A DNA stretch of 54,562 nt. It comes from a virus (taxonomy: Duplodnaviria > Heunggongvirae > Uroviricota > Caudoviricetes). Position 1 is the stretch's first letter, and each line of letters starts with the position of its first letter. The position numbers and the translations under genes are program-made. Where the stretch lies: IMG/VR virus record IMGVR_UViG_2568526722_000002, positions 1 to 54,562 of that record; one strand, written 5' to 3'. Below the pieces are notes generated by a model, which worked only from the letters and a program-made list of their open reading frames with translations, did not search any database and had not been told where the DNA came from. Positions 15,213-25,105 of this stretch are shown here, piece after piece.

Positions 15213-16303
15213 TGCTTGGCCTAATAAGGTTTTTTTTGGCATCGTGCGTCATTGCTTTTCACTTAACGGCTCGCATACCTGCACTTGGCAACTTTGCAGT
15301 GAATTGCTTCTATGTTATCAGTGGTTTTTTAATAACATACATTTTGCATGAAACATACAAGTTCAACTTCTCTATGTTTTGGAAAAATAGAATACTGAGG
15401 TTATTCCCGGCATATATATTTTTTCTCGTCATGGGCTTTCTTATTATAAAATTAATTCCATCCGCAAAGGAATTCCACTCAAACTGGACAGGCAATTTCT
15501 TACCTGGAGATTTATTAGGAAACCTCTTAATCTTCCCCTGGGCTTTCCTTTCTGATAATGCTGTAGCAAATCCATTCGGTGCCTTTTCATCCATTTATCA
15601 CTTTGCTATTGATGGTAATAGATTCAGAATAGTCACATCATCATGGTCAGTGGGTGTTGAGATAACATGTTATTTTTTATTGTGGCTTTTCATAGCCCGA
15701 AATAAATTTACAGCCATTACGTCGATTCTGCTTTCACTGCTTTATCATGCTTACGTATATGTAGTACACCATTCTTTTGATATGGCGTATTTCCCATTCC
15801 TTGCTGCAACACTTCCTTTTAGCATGGGTTCTCTGGGTTATTTTGCCCATAGAAAGTTCAAAGCTATGTATCTTTCTCCACACAAAGCTTTTTTAATAAC
15901 ATTTATTTGCATCGGGATTTTTATTACCAATTGGTATTTATATACAATTAATGCATTAGGTCAGTACAACATAATACTTTACTACACCAATAATGTAATA
16001 GCATTGTTTACAACCCTGGTATTATTAAAAATAAAGACAAACATACATCTTGAGAAAATACTCAAGTGGTTTGGTGACCTGGCCTATCCAATTTTTCTTT
16101 GTCAATATTTTGGTGGATTTCTAGCATGGCTTGCTATTGGTGGTGAAAATCGTGGCTTATCCATCTTTTTATTAGGCTACCCAATATCAATTGCACTTGG
16201 GATCGTTTGTGTAATATTAATAGACAAGCCACTAATTAAAATTAGAGCAAAAATAAGGGCGGACGCTCAAAGCAAAAATAATCAGGAAAACTCTTCAAGG
16301 TAA
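15212..16303 (+). CDS. acyltransferase family 3 integral membrane protein (O-antigen O-acetyltransferase-like, Oac/OafA type)
   Basis: 363 aa and multi-pass hydrophobic. N-terminal ...FFLASCVIAFHL... carries the conserved His. The gene is very AT-rich relative to its flanks. Confidence 0.8.
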   Translation: MLGLIRFFLASCVIAFHLTARIPALGNFAVNCFYVISGFLITYILHETYKFNFSMFWKNRILRLFPAYIFFLVMGFLIIKLIPSAKEFHSNWTGNFLPGDLLGNLLIFPWAFLSDNAVANPFGAFSSIYHFAIDGNRFRIVTSSWSVGVEITCYFLLWLFIARNKFTAITSILLSLLYHAYVYVVHHSFDMAYFPFLAATLPFSMGSLGYFAHRKFKAMYLSPHKAFLITFICIGIFITNWYLYTINALGQYNIILYYTNNVIALFTTLVLLKIKTNIHLEKILKWFGDLAYPIFLCQYFGGFLAWLAIGGENRGLSIFLLGYPISIALGIVCVILIDKPLIKIRAKIRADAQSKNNQENSSR

Positions 16304-17067
16304 ACTAAACCATTCGCTCCTTTTCCTGATGAATAGTTACCATTCCCCCCGGCACCACCTGAGCCGGGGAAACCGCCATCATCGCCAGAACTACCGAAGT
16401 GGCCATTGCCACCCGTTGATGAAAATGCAGATCCTCCAGCCCCGCCAATAAAAGCATCAGAACCATAATACAGACCACCTTGAGATATTCCGCCAGTAAT
16501 ATTTAAAATGTTCCCGCCACTTCCGATACCTCCAGCAGGAACTGTAGCCCCGCCACCACTCCCTCCAGTAGCTGAGATTAAACTCCCGAACCTTGTATCA
16601 CCACCATTCCCACCTTTAGACGAGACACCAGCAGCAACAGCACTGCCACCAGTACCTATCGTCACAGATATAGTTTCGTTATCAGAAATATTAAATAACC
16701 CTTCCGAAAATCCACCAGCACAACCTCCAGATGCGCCCACACTAACTGGAGCATTCTGGCCACCTCCCCCCGCTCCCCAAACTTTCACCCGCACTCTTTT
16801 CGTCCCTTTAGTTGGAGTGTAAGTCCCTGACTTAGTAAAGGTGACAATATTAAGCAGGCGACCGCCACCAATCGCTTTAAGAACCTGTGAATCATCATCA
16901 GGATCAAGCTCAAGCCCCGCGCCCTCAACAACGTTTACCAGCTCACGCTGAAAGGTATTCATCATCTCAGCATTAATTATTGTCGGTGAAATACCATTAG
17001 CGACATTACCATTAGTGTATTCACCATTAGCATCAGCGGTGTCAGTTGTACTGCCAACTTTTCTCAT
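16282..17067 (-). CDS. tail fibre protein with glycine-rich C-terminal domain
   Basis: N-terminus ...TNGNVANGISPTIINAEMMNTFQRELVNVVEGAGLELDPDDDSQVLKAI, followed by GGxGG-rich repeats. Its 3' end overlaps the acyltransferase 3' end by 22 bp (convergent). Confidence 0.75.
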   Translation of the reverse strand: MRKVGSTTDTADANGEYTNGNVANGISPTIINAEMMNTFQRELVNVVEGAGLELDPDDDSQVLKAIGGGRLLNIVTFTKSGTYTPTKGTKRVRVKVWGAGGGGQNAPVSVGASGGCAGGFSEGLFNISDNETISVTIGTGGSAVAAGVSSKGGNGGDTRFGSLISATGGSGGGATVPAGGIGSGGNILNITGGISQGGLYYGSDAFIGGAGGSAFSSTGGNGHFGSSGDDGGFPGSGGAGGNGNYSSGKGANGLVYLEEFS

Positions 17068-17093
17068 ATAAACCTTCTTTTTAAATGTCTGAA

Positions 17094-17768
17094 TTAAACG
17101 TAACCAGAAGCGATATCAAATATTTTGGCAAACTCAGGCGTGACTTCGTAAACCCCCTCATCGTTAAAACCGAAATAGATATAGCCGAATTTGACCAGGG
17201 TGTATGAGGGGGCGAGGGCATTAATCCGGCATTCAAGCTGACGATTACCCCAGGAACGTAATGGATCGCCACAATAACTCAGACCTGCACGGGCATAAGT
17301 TATCGTTGTGTCTTCCGCCTCTACCAGCCAGACAAATGGCCAGTCATCCCCATTTAGCCCGTCACCACATACCGATAAGCCAGCACGCGCCTGCCGGTAT
17401 TCCTTAATCGAAATCGTATAACCCATTGCTGCGGCAATACTGATGAAATAGCTCTTTGACTGCCCGCCGGTACTGATGAGTTTCGATACAATGGCAGACT
17501 GACGCTTCGCAATCGTATCCACTTCGCCAATCGAGCAATCATCAGGTAAGCCGAGTGTTTTTTCCCACTCGGTGAGCATAATCGTCGCAGTTTTTGGAAA
17601 GGCACCGCGCAGCAATGCAAGTGCGTCGTTATCACTACGCTGGAAACTGGCCGCAATGGCCCGCAGCACAGCAGCCTGAACAGCTTTTGGATCCCGTGTC
17701 CACGCTCGGCCGGTGGGGATAAGCGCCTGCAGTGCCTTCTGATAATCGTCTGTTGAGAAAAGGCTCAT
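17094..17768 (-). CDS. Mu gp48-like tail protein (DUF2313 family)
   Basis: ...YQKALQALIPTGRAWTRDP... motif, and position after baseplate J. Confidence 0.75.
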   Translation of the reverse strand: MSLFSTDDYQKALQALIPTGRAWTRDPKAVQAAVLRAIAASFQRSDNDALALLRGAFPKTATIMLTEWEKTLGLPDDCSIGEVDTIAKRQSAIVSKLISTGGQSKSYFISIAAAMGYTISIKEYRQARAGLSVCGDGLNGDDWPFVWLVEAEDTTITYARAGLSYCGDPLRSWGNRQLECRINALAPSYTLVKFGYIYFGFNDEGVYEVTPEFAKIFDIASGYV

Positions 17769-18913
17769 GTGTAGTTCACCTCGCCACGAACAGCCAGCTC
17801 CCCAACTCCCGGCTCAATATTCGCAGAAGGCGACACAAGGATATAACCTGAAGTACCGGCAACATCCCCTATCGCGCGGTTGAGATCTGAAAGGTAAATT
17901 TTCCCTGTGCCGAGCGGGTTAGCAGATTCAAACAATACCCCGTCAATCGCATCAGCAATGGCCGCAGTCGTTGCGCTGTCGGCATCAGATATCCCGCTTA
18001 TTTCAAAATCGATAACGCGTTCGATGGGAGAGCAGACATAGTTAAGGGAGGTAACCGGCGCAAGCGGATACATATAATCGGCAACTCTCCCCTGATCCCC
18101 GGTGGCTTTTACAGCCCCCCACTCTTCCAGTTGAGAGACACCGTCAGTTCCTGCAGGGAATCCATGATTGGTTTTATCATCGCCGTCGCACATGATGTAA
18201 ATCACCACGGTACCCGGCCCCATCCCCCGGCGCCGTATCCATGCCCTGGTGATCCCCGACACGGATAAAGCCCAGCTTTTATAATCAGTGTCACTCCCGC
18301 CCTGCGGGGGATTCTGATACGCCAGCAGACCACGTAATCGGAAATCCTCTTCACTTTCAATGTTGGCGCCGCCGGTGGCGGGCTCAATCAGCGTAACCGA
18401 GCTGTCTATGCCGGGGGCATTAGCATCCAGTGTAAGAATGGTGCCAGCATCGGCATTTCCGGAAGCGCCTCCTCCTGTCACATCGTCTGTGATATCCGGC
18501 AAAACCGCTGTTACAGCAACCGACGCACTGCCAGCAGTGTTTATCGTTATGGCATCATCGGTTGTGTACTGGTAACCATCATCACGGTTTAACACCGCCC
18601 CTTTTGACAGTGTTTTCCCCGGCGTTCCGGTAACGGTCGCCGCCGGAGAGCGTGCTGCCGTTGCGGCTTTTCGGTAAATCTGCTTTAGCGCCATCCATCC
18701 GGCAAGCCACTCATCGGTAGAGGTGAAAGGCGTGCTCTGACGGGCAATATAATCCAGGTAGGCGTAGTGCAGATGGGCCATGCCCGCATCCATATCAGCG
18801 AGCACCTTAAGGTTGCCAAACCGTAACAACGCGCCAACACTTTCAAGCTCTGCCTGCATAAACTGGCGATTCTCCTGCCGGAGCTCGCTCAGTGTTTTCC
18901 GCTTAAATGGCAT
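17765..18913 (-). CDS. baseplate J-like protein (Mu gp47)
   Basis: 382 aa, with synteny gp45-gp46-gp47-gp48. Confidence 0.8.
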   Translation of the reverse strand: MPFKRKTLSELRQENRQFMQAELESVGALLRFGNLKVLADMDAGMAHLHYAYLDYIARQSTPFTSTDEWLAGWMALKQIYRKAATAARSPAATVTGTPGKTLSKGAVLNRDDGYQYTTDDAITINTAGSASVAVTAVLPDITDDVTGGGASGNADAGTILTLDANAPGIDSSVTLIEPATGGANIESEEDFRLRGLLAYQNPPQGGSDTDYKSWALSVSGITRAWIRRRGMGPGTVVIYIMCDGDDKTNHGFPAGTDGVSQLEEWGAVKATGDQGRVADYMYPLAPVTSLNYVCSPIERVIDFEISGISDADSATTAAIADAIDGVLFESANPLGTGKIYLSDLNRAIGDVAGTSGYILVSPSANIEPGVGELAVRGEVNYT

Positions 18914-19352
18914 TATTCAGTTGCTCCCATAGCCAGAAGAATTTGAACTCCTGCCAGTCCCCCGTCGGCGGCAAATACCGGATGATGAGGTTCAGCCTGT
19001 TCGGGAAAACAATCTCTGACTGAGCCTCTATCGCTGCTGCAATACCATCCGACTTCATCCAGGCCAGAGCCTCTTCGGCGTAATCTTCAGCTCTCATCGC
19101 CACTTCGCGCGTCAGTTTTTCACGCCGCAGTAGCCACAGCCTTGAGCCAATATTCCGGTCGTTGTCCAGATCCCCCCACCAGCCGCGGCGGTCAGTTCCT
19201 TCATAATCATCATCAGCGCGCGCCAGTCCGTCAGTAAACAAACTGATAATAATGGCCGTGTGCATATCATTCTCAGATGCCAGTACGCCGTTACCGGTTT
19301 GCCAGTCAGCATGAATGGCATCCACATCCCAGAATGAGGAAATATCACTCAT
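18903..19352 (-). CDS. Mu gp46-like baseplate protein
   Basis: 149 aa, called from synteny. Confidence 0.7.
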   Translation of the reverse strand: MSDISSFWDVDAIHADWQTGNGVLASENDMHTAIIISLFTDGLARADDDYEGTDRRGWWGDLDNDRNIGSRLWLLRREKLTREVAMRAEDYAEEALAWMKSDGIAAAIEAQSEIVFPNRLNLIIRYLPPTGDWQEFKFFWLWEQLNNAI

Positions 19353-19930
19353 ACCTGACTCTCTGTTTTTTCGCTTGTGATCGTGCTATCGCCGGACTGA
19401 ACTTCTTTAACGTCATGGTCATGATCGTTGTGAGCATCCCGCAGCGCTTTGAGCGTTGAATTGTTCGTCTCGCAGTTATCGATGATGTCACCCGTCACCA
19501 GGAGTTTGGGGGTAACCAGCTTTACCTGTTCCGTTGCCGTCGCGGTGATGTTTCGGGCATTGTTGATCTCTACATCTTTGCCTTTCGCATCAATGAAAAT
19601 TCCCGCCTCAGTCAGATGAATATTCATCCCCTGCTGGTTATAGACCACGGTTTCGCCTGGCTTAAGCCCGGTATGCCGGTAGCTTTGATGGTTAGAGGCA
19701 ATGACGACGGGACTGGAGCGGTCCCCGCCGAGAAAGGCAATAACCACATCCGATCCCGCCGGCAACCCCGATGAAAAACCAAAATCAGAGAGCCGTGGGG
19801 CGCTGGCCACTTCCAGCGGAGTCTGGTACTGGATTTCCTGCACAACCCCGCTATCTTTCTGCGTGGTAATACGGCCAATGCCCAGCATGCCGGCGATGCG
19901 CGTGGTCGATTTCTTTAAATTTTGATTCAT
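19349..19930 (-). CDS. baseplate assembly protein V / central spike (Mu gp45-like)
   Basis: 193 aa. Has N-terminal ...IGRITTQKDSGVVQEIQYQT... and a C-terminal His-rich tip (HNDHDHD). Confidence 0.75.
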   Translation of the reverse strand: MNQNLKKSTTRIAGMLGIGRITTQKDSGVVQEIQYQTPLEVASAPRLSDFGFSSGLPAGSDVVIAFLGGDRSSPVVIASNHQSYRHTGLKPGETVVYNQQGMNIHLTEAGIFIDAKGKDVEINNARNITATATEQVKLVTPKLLVTGDIIDNCETNNSTLKALRDAHNDHDHDVKEVQSGDSTITSEKTESQV

Positions 19931-21012
19931 TGGTTTAGTCCGGGTATTTGCTGGTAGAAAGCATAAGGCTGGACAGCGAAAGCCTCCGGGGGCATCAGAT
20001 AAAGGCGCGCATGGGTGCCGTCACTGTCTCTGATATAAGTCACCTCTGCGATAAGCAATTCGGTGTCAGGCAGCTGCAGACTCGGGATGTTGACCGGGAT
20101 AAGCGTATTCGGCTCCCATAATTTCCCGGATTTATCGCGCCAGGAATCAATCGTCACCGTTAACTGACGGGAACGGCCGTATCGGCGGTTCATCTCCCAG
20201 TCAATCGCTCGCTGAGCCTGTTGTGAAGCCATCAGTGTACTTTCAACAATAATGATCCGTTTTCGGTAACGCATACTGGCCGCCTCAGGATCGCGGGCCG
20301 TCGCCAGCGTCACCGAATCATAAGCCGTATCTGGCGAGAATCCTGCAATCGGCGAAATGCTCATCGATACGCCGACGTAATCAGAAAAGCGGTCAGCCAT
20401 CGAACGGCGGTAATAAGCCTGTTCGATATTTACCCCTTCTGCGATACCGCTGGCCGCGCGCTTTGTCCCCACCCGGGTCAGAAATAAGTTACCGTCAGGC
20501 TGATCGTAATAAAGCAATGCCGACCAGCGGGAGACACGATCAAGTATTTCCTGTGGCGATTCCCCCCAGTTCAGGGAAAATTGCGGAACTTTCACCAGAT
20601 CATCAACGTCTGTACTTACGCCAATGTTGTAATGGGATGCGAGGCGGGAGGCAATATCAAGCGCATTACTGTTATTGATGACGTTATTTGGCCATTCAGC
20701 AGAGCAATCAACGAGATCTGCGCACTTACTGCGGCCTGAGGCTCTGACTTCATGGCGCGAACGGGAAATAGCAGGCGACCAGTCATCAACATACCCCGTC
20801 ACTACCAGGTCGTTACCAAGCTTTACCTGACAAGGCATCCCTTCCTTTACCAGCTGCTTCTGGTCACTTCCCGGAAAATAATCCATCAGTCCCAGGTCAA
20901 AATCGGAGGGAAAACGCTCAATGCCACGGGTCACCCGCACAGAGTCCCATCCTTCAATGATTTTTCCGCCCACTGTCAGGGAGACAATATCCTGATCATT
21001 ATCCGTACTCAT
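19927..21012 (-). CDS. baseplate hub protein (Mu gp44 / P2 gpD-like)
   Basis: 361 aa, positioned after the DNA circulation protein. Confidence 0.75.
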   Translation of the reverse strand: MSTDNDQDIVSLTVGGKIIEGWDSVRVTRGIERFPSDFDLGLMDYFPGSDQKQLVKEGMPCQVKLGNDLVVTGYVDDWSPAISRSRHEVRASGRSKCADLVDCSAEWPNNVINNSNALDIASRLASHYNIGVSTDVDDLVKVPQFSLNWGESPQEILDRVSRWSALLYYDQPDGNLFLTRVGTKRAASGIAEGVNIEQAYYRRSMADRFSDYVGVSMSISPIAGFSPDTAYDSVTLATARDPEAASMRYRKRIIIVESTLMASQQAQRAIDWEMNRRYGRSRQLTVTIDSWRDKSGKLWEPNTLIPVNIPSLQLPDTELLIAEVTYIRDSDGTHARLYLMPPEAFAVQPYAFYQQIPGLNQ

Positions 21013-22409
21013 TGTCTCAACACCTTCATCGTCGTCGGCATAAATGCCGGATGCGGTACGCTGGCCTCCTGTATCAGTTCATTTGCCCGCGAGGCATCCT
21101 GATACAGGCGGTTGGCCAGTACCAGGGCAGGAACCGGCACCGCAGTATTGATTTGCATCAACTCACTCAGTCCGGATGAAGTCTGAGCCATGGTATTCAG
21201 AAAAGCGGTTCTCACGTCCATCAATGCCGTATAAAGATCATCATCGCCACGGTCGCCCGCCAGTAGTAACGCGGTATCCAGTTGCCCGGCCACGCGTTGA
21301 GTGATTTCTTCGGCCTCATTACGACTGGTTGGGTTGTAATCTGCAGCAGCATCCGTCATGGCTCCGGTACATAGCACTACGATCAGCGTGTTCATGGTGC
21401 CAGCCAGTTGCTGGCTGCTTTCGGAACGCTGGTATCCGGTACTGGTTGAAGCCGCCAGTTTTTCAAATGCGGCAATTTTGTCACTCACGCTACCGGCGCT
21501 GGACAGAATGCGATTAATCACATCGGCAACGCCCTGAACAAATTCCTCGACCGATACAGATTCATTCAGTGCAGCCGTTGTATCGAGCACAGCCTGGCGA
21601 TCCATCACCGCCCGGGCGGTAACCTGTTCAGACAATGCCTGATGGTCTTCTGAGTCATCGGCATCACGATTGCCGTTAATACCCGAAGAGCTCCCGCCTA
21701 CGGTCCCCTTGCTGTACCGCCCGTAACGATTATTCCCGAAAGTAGAATCCAGCACGTTACTGACGTTTGTTACCTCACTGATGGTGTTATCCACCATATT
21801 GGTCCAGAACGTCACGGTTCCCCTGATGGTCTGAATCCCCTGCGACACACCGCGGATCTCGCTTTTAATTCTCGCGAGGGTACTGGCAACCGTCGTACTA
21901 ACCAGCTTCAGATAGTTGGTGCCAACGGTATCCCCCGCGGCGGCACTGTCGGTAACGGCAAAGACCTTTAACCCCGACTCAATGACCATCAGGGTAAATT
22001 CAAACGAACGGCCGTTGTCGGCGGAACCGGAAAGCCTTAAACCATTCTCAGGTATGGAAACGGTCATCTCCCCCAGCGTGGGGTGAATGAGCGTACCACT
22101 CCCCTTAGCTTCACACGCATTGATCAATGACTGGCGCTGAGAAATAACGTCGCCACCGCCGTATACCAGACTGTTCTGGACGATAAAGCCACGGATAATA
22201 AATCGCCGTGTCCCGCGCCCCATATCCTCAATCCAGGCGGTATCACGGTATGGATATTCATGAACCGCCTGCCGCCGGCCATGACTGCCTTCCTCATTCA
22301 CCACAGCAAAAGGCACGCCCCGGAACGAGCCGGGACGTAGCTGGCTCAACCAGTCCTCACTACCACCGCCCCTCATCAGAGAAGTTATTGCATCCTGGAT
22401 AATTGCCAT
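21009..22409 (-). CDS. DNA circulation protein (Mu gpN/gp43-like)
   Basis: N-terminus ...LRPGSFRGVPFAVVNEEGSHGRRQAVHEYPYRD... is characteristic of the family. Confidence 0.8.
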   Translation of the reverse strand: MAIIQDAITSLMRGGGSEDWLSQLRPGSFRGVPFAVVNEEGSHGRRQAVHEYPYRDTAWIEDMGRGTRRFIIRGFIVQNSLVYGGGDVISQRQSLINACEAKGSGTLIHPTLGEMTVSIPENGLRLSGSADNGRSFEFTLMVIESGLKVFAVTDSAAAGDTVGTNYLKLVSTTVASTLARIKSEIRGVSQGIQTIRGTVTFWTNMVDNTISEVTNVSNVLDSTFGNNRYGRYSKGTVGGSSSGINGNRDADDSEDHQALSEQVTARAVMDRQAVLDTTAALNESVSVEEFVQGVADVINRILSSAGSVSDKIAAFEKLAASTSTGYQRSESSQQLAGTMNTLIVVLCTGAMTDAAADYNPTSRNEAEEITQRVAGQLDTALLLAGDRGDDDLYTALMDVRTAFLNTMAQTSSGLSELMQINTAVPVPALVLANRLYQDASRANELIQEASVPHPAFMPTTMKVLRQ

Positions 22410-22423
22410 CAGGCCTCCTGAAT

Positions 22424-22447
22424 TAAAAAACCGCCAGGGTGGCGGTT
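22424..22447 (-). terminator. intrinsic terminator-like hairpin between the tape-measure and circulation genes
   Basis: Minus-strand read: AACCGCC accct GGCGGTT followed by TTTTTTAA. Confidence 0.5.
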
Positions 22448-22455
22448 TAATAGGG

Positions 22456-24309
22456 TTAGTAATTCATGGCGGTTGTTATTCTGCCGTTATCCTCGACGTT
22501 ATAGGTTTTCTTCTCCCCCTTATCATTGACCAGGGTGATTTCCAGCTTCATTTTCTGATCGGCCATCGCCTCTTTGAGGGACCGGGTCAGGTTTTCACTG
22601 ACAGTGTCTCTCCCATTACCGGAAGCTGTCAGGATTGAGGAACTGTCAAACTTGTCCGGTTGCGGTACGAGGATGTTCTCTCTCTGCTGGCTGAGCACTC
22701 GGCTGTCACGAAGACCAGACCAGCGCGGATCACTGATAGCCGTCTGAATTGCCGCCCGTATCTCATCTTCAGAATATGGCTGCGCCCCATTCTCATGCTG
22801 AATCATGGCCGCCATGACTGACTTCAGCACCTCCGGGTTATGCAGATCCACCCGCTGCTGGGGTTGAATACCTGTCGCGGCCGATACTGAATTGATATAG
22901 GACTGCGTATCATTTTCCGAGCGTGGCGCATAAGTGTGGATCATGCTGTTCAGCGTGTTATTCCCACGATCGCCATATAACATCAGTTGCCGGGCCATTG
23001 CCGCCAGCCCGTCGCTGCTGTTGTCATAAGTGACGAAACCACGATTCACCCCGGTCGCATTAGGCGCTATCCGGAGATTGCCGGGGTTATTATTTCTCAG
23101 GCCCAGTGCCTGGTTAGATGGCTGGCTGTAATTCACTTCTCTGCGTGGAACTGCTGCACCTGCTGGCAGGATGACAGACAAATCATTTCGGAGTTGTTCA
23201 GCTCTGTCCCCGGCGCCATATTGCGCGTCGTAGCGTTTACGGACGGCATCAGTCATAAAGCCGGCATCCACCGCTCCGCGCTCGCGCCGGGAAAGGGTGT
23301 TATACAGCGCCTTATCACCCTGAATGCGGCGTAGCTTCCCGGCATCCTTGCTACTGATAAACCCCAGCGCATGCGACAGCCCGGTGAAATCGCCATTCGT
23401 GAACAAGTCGGTCACTCCTTCAAGGCCGTCTTTCACCGAACCATCGGAAAGCAATCCCTTAAACAGAGAGTTTTTCGAACGGTTTTTCAGCCCATCCCAT
23501 GCAGCGCCCAGCTCATTCATGGAGCCGTTAACCTCGGACAATTGCCGGTTAAGTTCCGGATCAACCGTCAGGCCAAGTTCATCAGATTTAGCCAGCAATG
23601 CTTTCATCCGTACGCCTTCACGCATCAGCGCCAGCATTTCCGGCGTCAACCCGAGGGCATCGGAAACTGATTTCTGCTGGTCCGGTCGCAGACTCGGGAA
23701 AACGCGTGCTATCGACTCCAGCGTTCTCAGCGTATCAACGGATCCATCGTTGTTTTTCTGGATCTGAACGCCAATCTGTGACAATGCGCCGAGCACCTGG
23801 CTGTTGGCACCACTGGCGGCCTCCTTCAGGCTTTTAGCCATCCCCTCGATGGAGGAATTTGCACTGTCGCCATCAGCACCCAGTATCCGCATGGCACCGG
23901 ACAGGCGGGAAAAATCGTCCACTCGCATACCCGCATTTTTCGCGGCGACATCGAGGTTATAGGCTTCCCTTGAAGCCTCATGGAAACCGTAGGCAATCTG
24001 TTTTAGCCCATATCCCGCCGCTCCAACAACCCCCAGTGATGCCAGCTTACCGGAGAGCTCACCGACCATCTTCAGCGGTGGTACCATGTCCCCGATGTAC
24101 TGAACATTATCACGGGCATTTTTGGACAGATTTTCGAAGCGGGAAATAAAGCCGTTCAGTCCATCGAGGGTCTCCTGCCCTCCTAACTGGAGTCCCTCTT
24201 TGGTTTTATCCAGCTTTGGTTCCAGATCACGGATAGCCTCATTGATACGCTCAATGGCTTCCGTCGCCTGGTCGCTGGCCACCAGCTCAAAGTCGAAAGA
24301 ATTACTCAT
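22456..24309 (-). CDS. tail tape measure protein (Mu gp42-like)
   Basis: 617 aa, located after the chaperone pair. A C-terminal conserved LGLRNNNPGNLR segment is present. Confidence 0.8.
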   Translation of the reverse strand: MSNSFDFELVASDQATEAIERINEAIRDLEPKLDKTKEGLQLGGQETLDGLNGFISRFENLSKNARDNVQYIGDMVPPLKMVGELSGKLASLGVVGAAGYGLKQIAYGFHEASREAYNLDVAAKNAGMRVDDFSRLSGAMRILGADGDSANSSIEGMAKSLKEAASGANSQVLGALSQIGVQIQKNNDGSVDTLRTLESIARVFPSLRPDQQKSVSDALGLTPEMLALMREGVRMKALLAKSDELGLTVDPELNRQLSEVNGSMNELGAAWDGLKNRSKNSLFKGLLSDGSVKDGLEGVTDLFTNGDFTGLSHALGFISSKDAGKLRRIQGDKALYNTLSRRERGAVDAGFMTDAVRKRYDAQYGAGDRAEQLRNDLSVILPAGAAVPRREVNYSQPSNQALGLRNNNPGNLRIAPNATGVNRGFVTYDNSSDGLAAMARQLMLYGDRGNNTLNSMIHTYAPRSENDTQSYINSVSAATGIQPQQRVDLHNPEVLKSVMAAMIQHENGAQPYSEDEIRAAIQTAISDPRWSGLRDSRVLSQQRENILVPQPDKFDSSSILTASGNGRDTVSENLTRSLKEAMADQKMKLEITLVNDKGEKKTYNVEDNGRITTAMNY

Positions 24310-24729
24310 CGGGTTCGGGATTCCTGAGTTTATTGATACGGGAGGCCTGCGATACCCACCACTTCAGACGGGCATAGGTCATGCCCCATGCCCTGTCTTC
24401 TGTCCAGCGGAAATAAAATGTGACGTCAGCGGCCGTTTCCTGCCAGGCGGTCAGGGCTTCCAGGTCAAAAAACCGAGCAAAAACTCCTCGCATTTTCGGA
24501 AGTCGATAAAATCCATCGGCTGAAGCACACTTTCCCGCGTATCCGTGACCAGCGAGATCAGCAGGCGCATCGCCGCCAGTGAAGTGGACGATGCCTGCTT
24601 TTCGTAGAACTGCTCTGCCTGGCTGAGCGTCGGCGCCTTCAGCTCCAGTTGCTCATAGCGTGTTTTTTGCGCCTCATCGACCAGAGGCTTGATGAGGGGA
24701 ATGACTTTGGTGCGTTCAAGTTCTGCCAT
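24302..24729 (-). CDS. tail assembly chaperone, -1 frameshift extension product (GT-like)
   Basis: Slippery T_TTT_TTG in the zero frame (plus-strand 24466-24472). The -1 frame continues FFDLEALTAWQ... to a stop at 24302. Confidence 0.75.
24451..24729 (-). CDS. tail assembly chaperone (G-like, Mu gp41 family)
   Basis: 92 aa, between the tube and tape-measure genes. Confidence 0.8.
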   Translation of the reverse strand: MAELERTKVIPLIKPLVDEAQKTRYEQLELKAPTLSQAEQFYEKQASSTSLAAMRLLISLVTDTRESVLQPMDFIDFRKCEEFLLGFLTWKP

Positions 24730-24730
24730 C

Positions 24731-25102
24731 TTAGTTCTCCGTTACGTCCCGGCCTTCCCAGCGAACATCAAACACTGCATCTTCGCTTTCCACTTCCTGA
24801 ACGTTCACCGTCCATAGCGCGCGACCGATAATAGTCTTTCCGTTCGCCAGTTCGGCGATCACGTTGACGTTCGTCTGTTTGTTAAAACCCAGTACGTTGG
24901 TACCGCCGCTGTCGCGAAGACGGGCAGAAATATACGGGGCAACCGGCTTTTCTTTGTAGCCATGCACACCGTCCATGCCTGTCAGTGTGGTACGGTTAAC
25001 AGTGGAGGTCTGATACTTGAATGAGCCCTCCACCATAACGGTCACCCCGTTTACGGTGACATAAGCGGTACCTGCCAGGCGATTAGTGGTATCTCCAGCC
25101 AT
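24731..25102 (-). CDS. tail tube protein (Mu gpM-like)
   Basis: 123 aa, immediately after the sheath gene. Confidence 0.8.
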   Translation of the reverse strand: MAGDTTNRLAGTAYVTVNGVTVMVEGSFKYQTSTVNRTTLTGMDGVHGYKEKPVAPYISARLRDSGGTNVLGFNKQTNVNVIAELANGKTIIGRALWTVNVQEVESEDAVFDVRWEGRDVTEN

Positions 25103-25105
25103 GTT

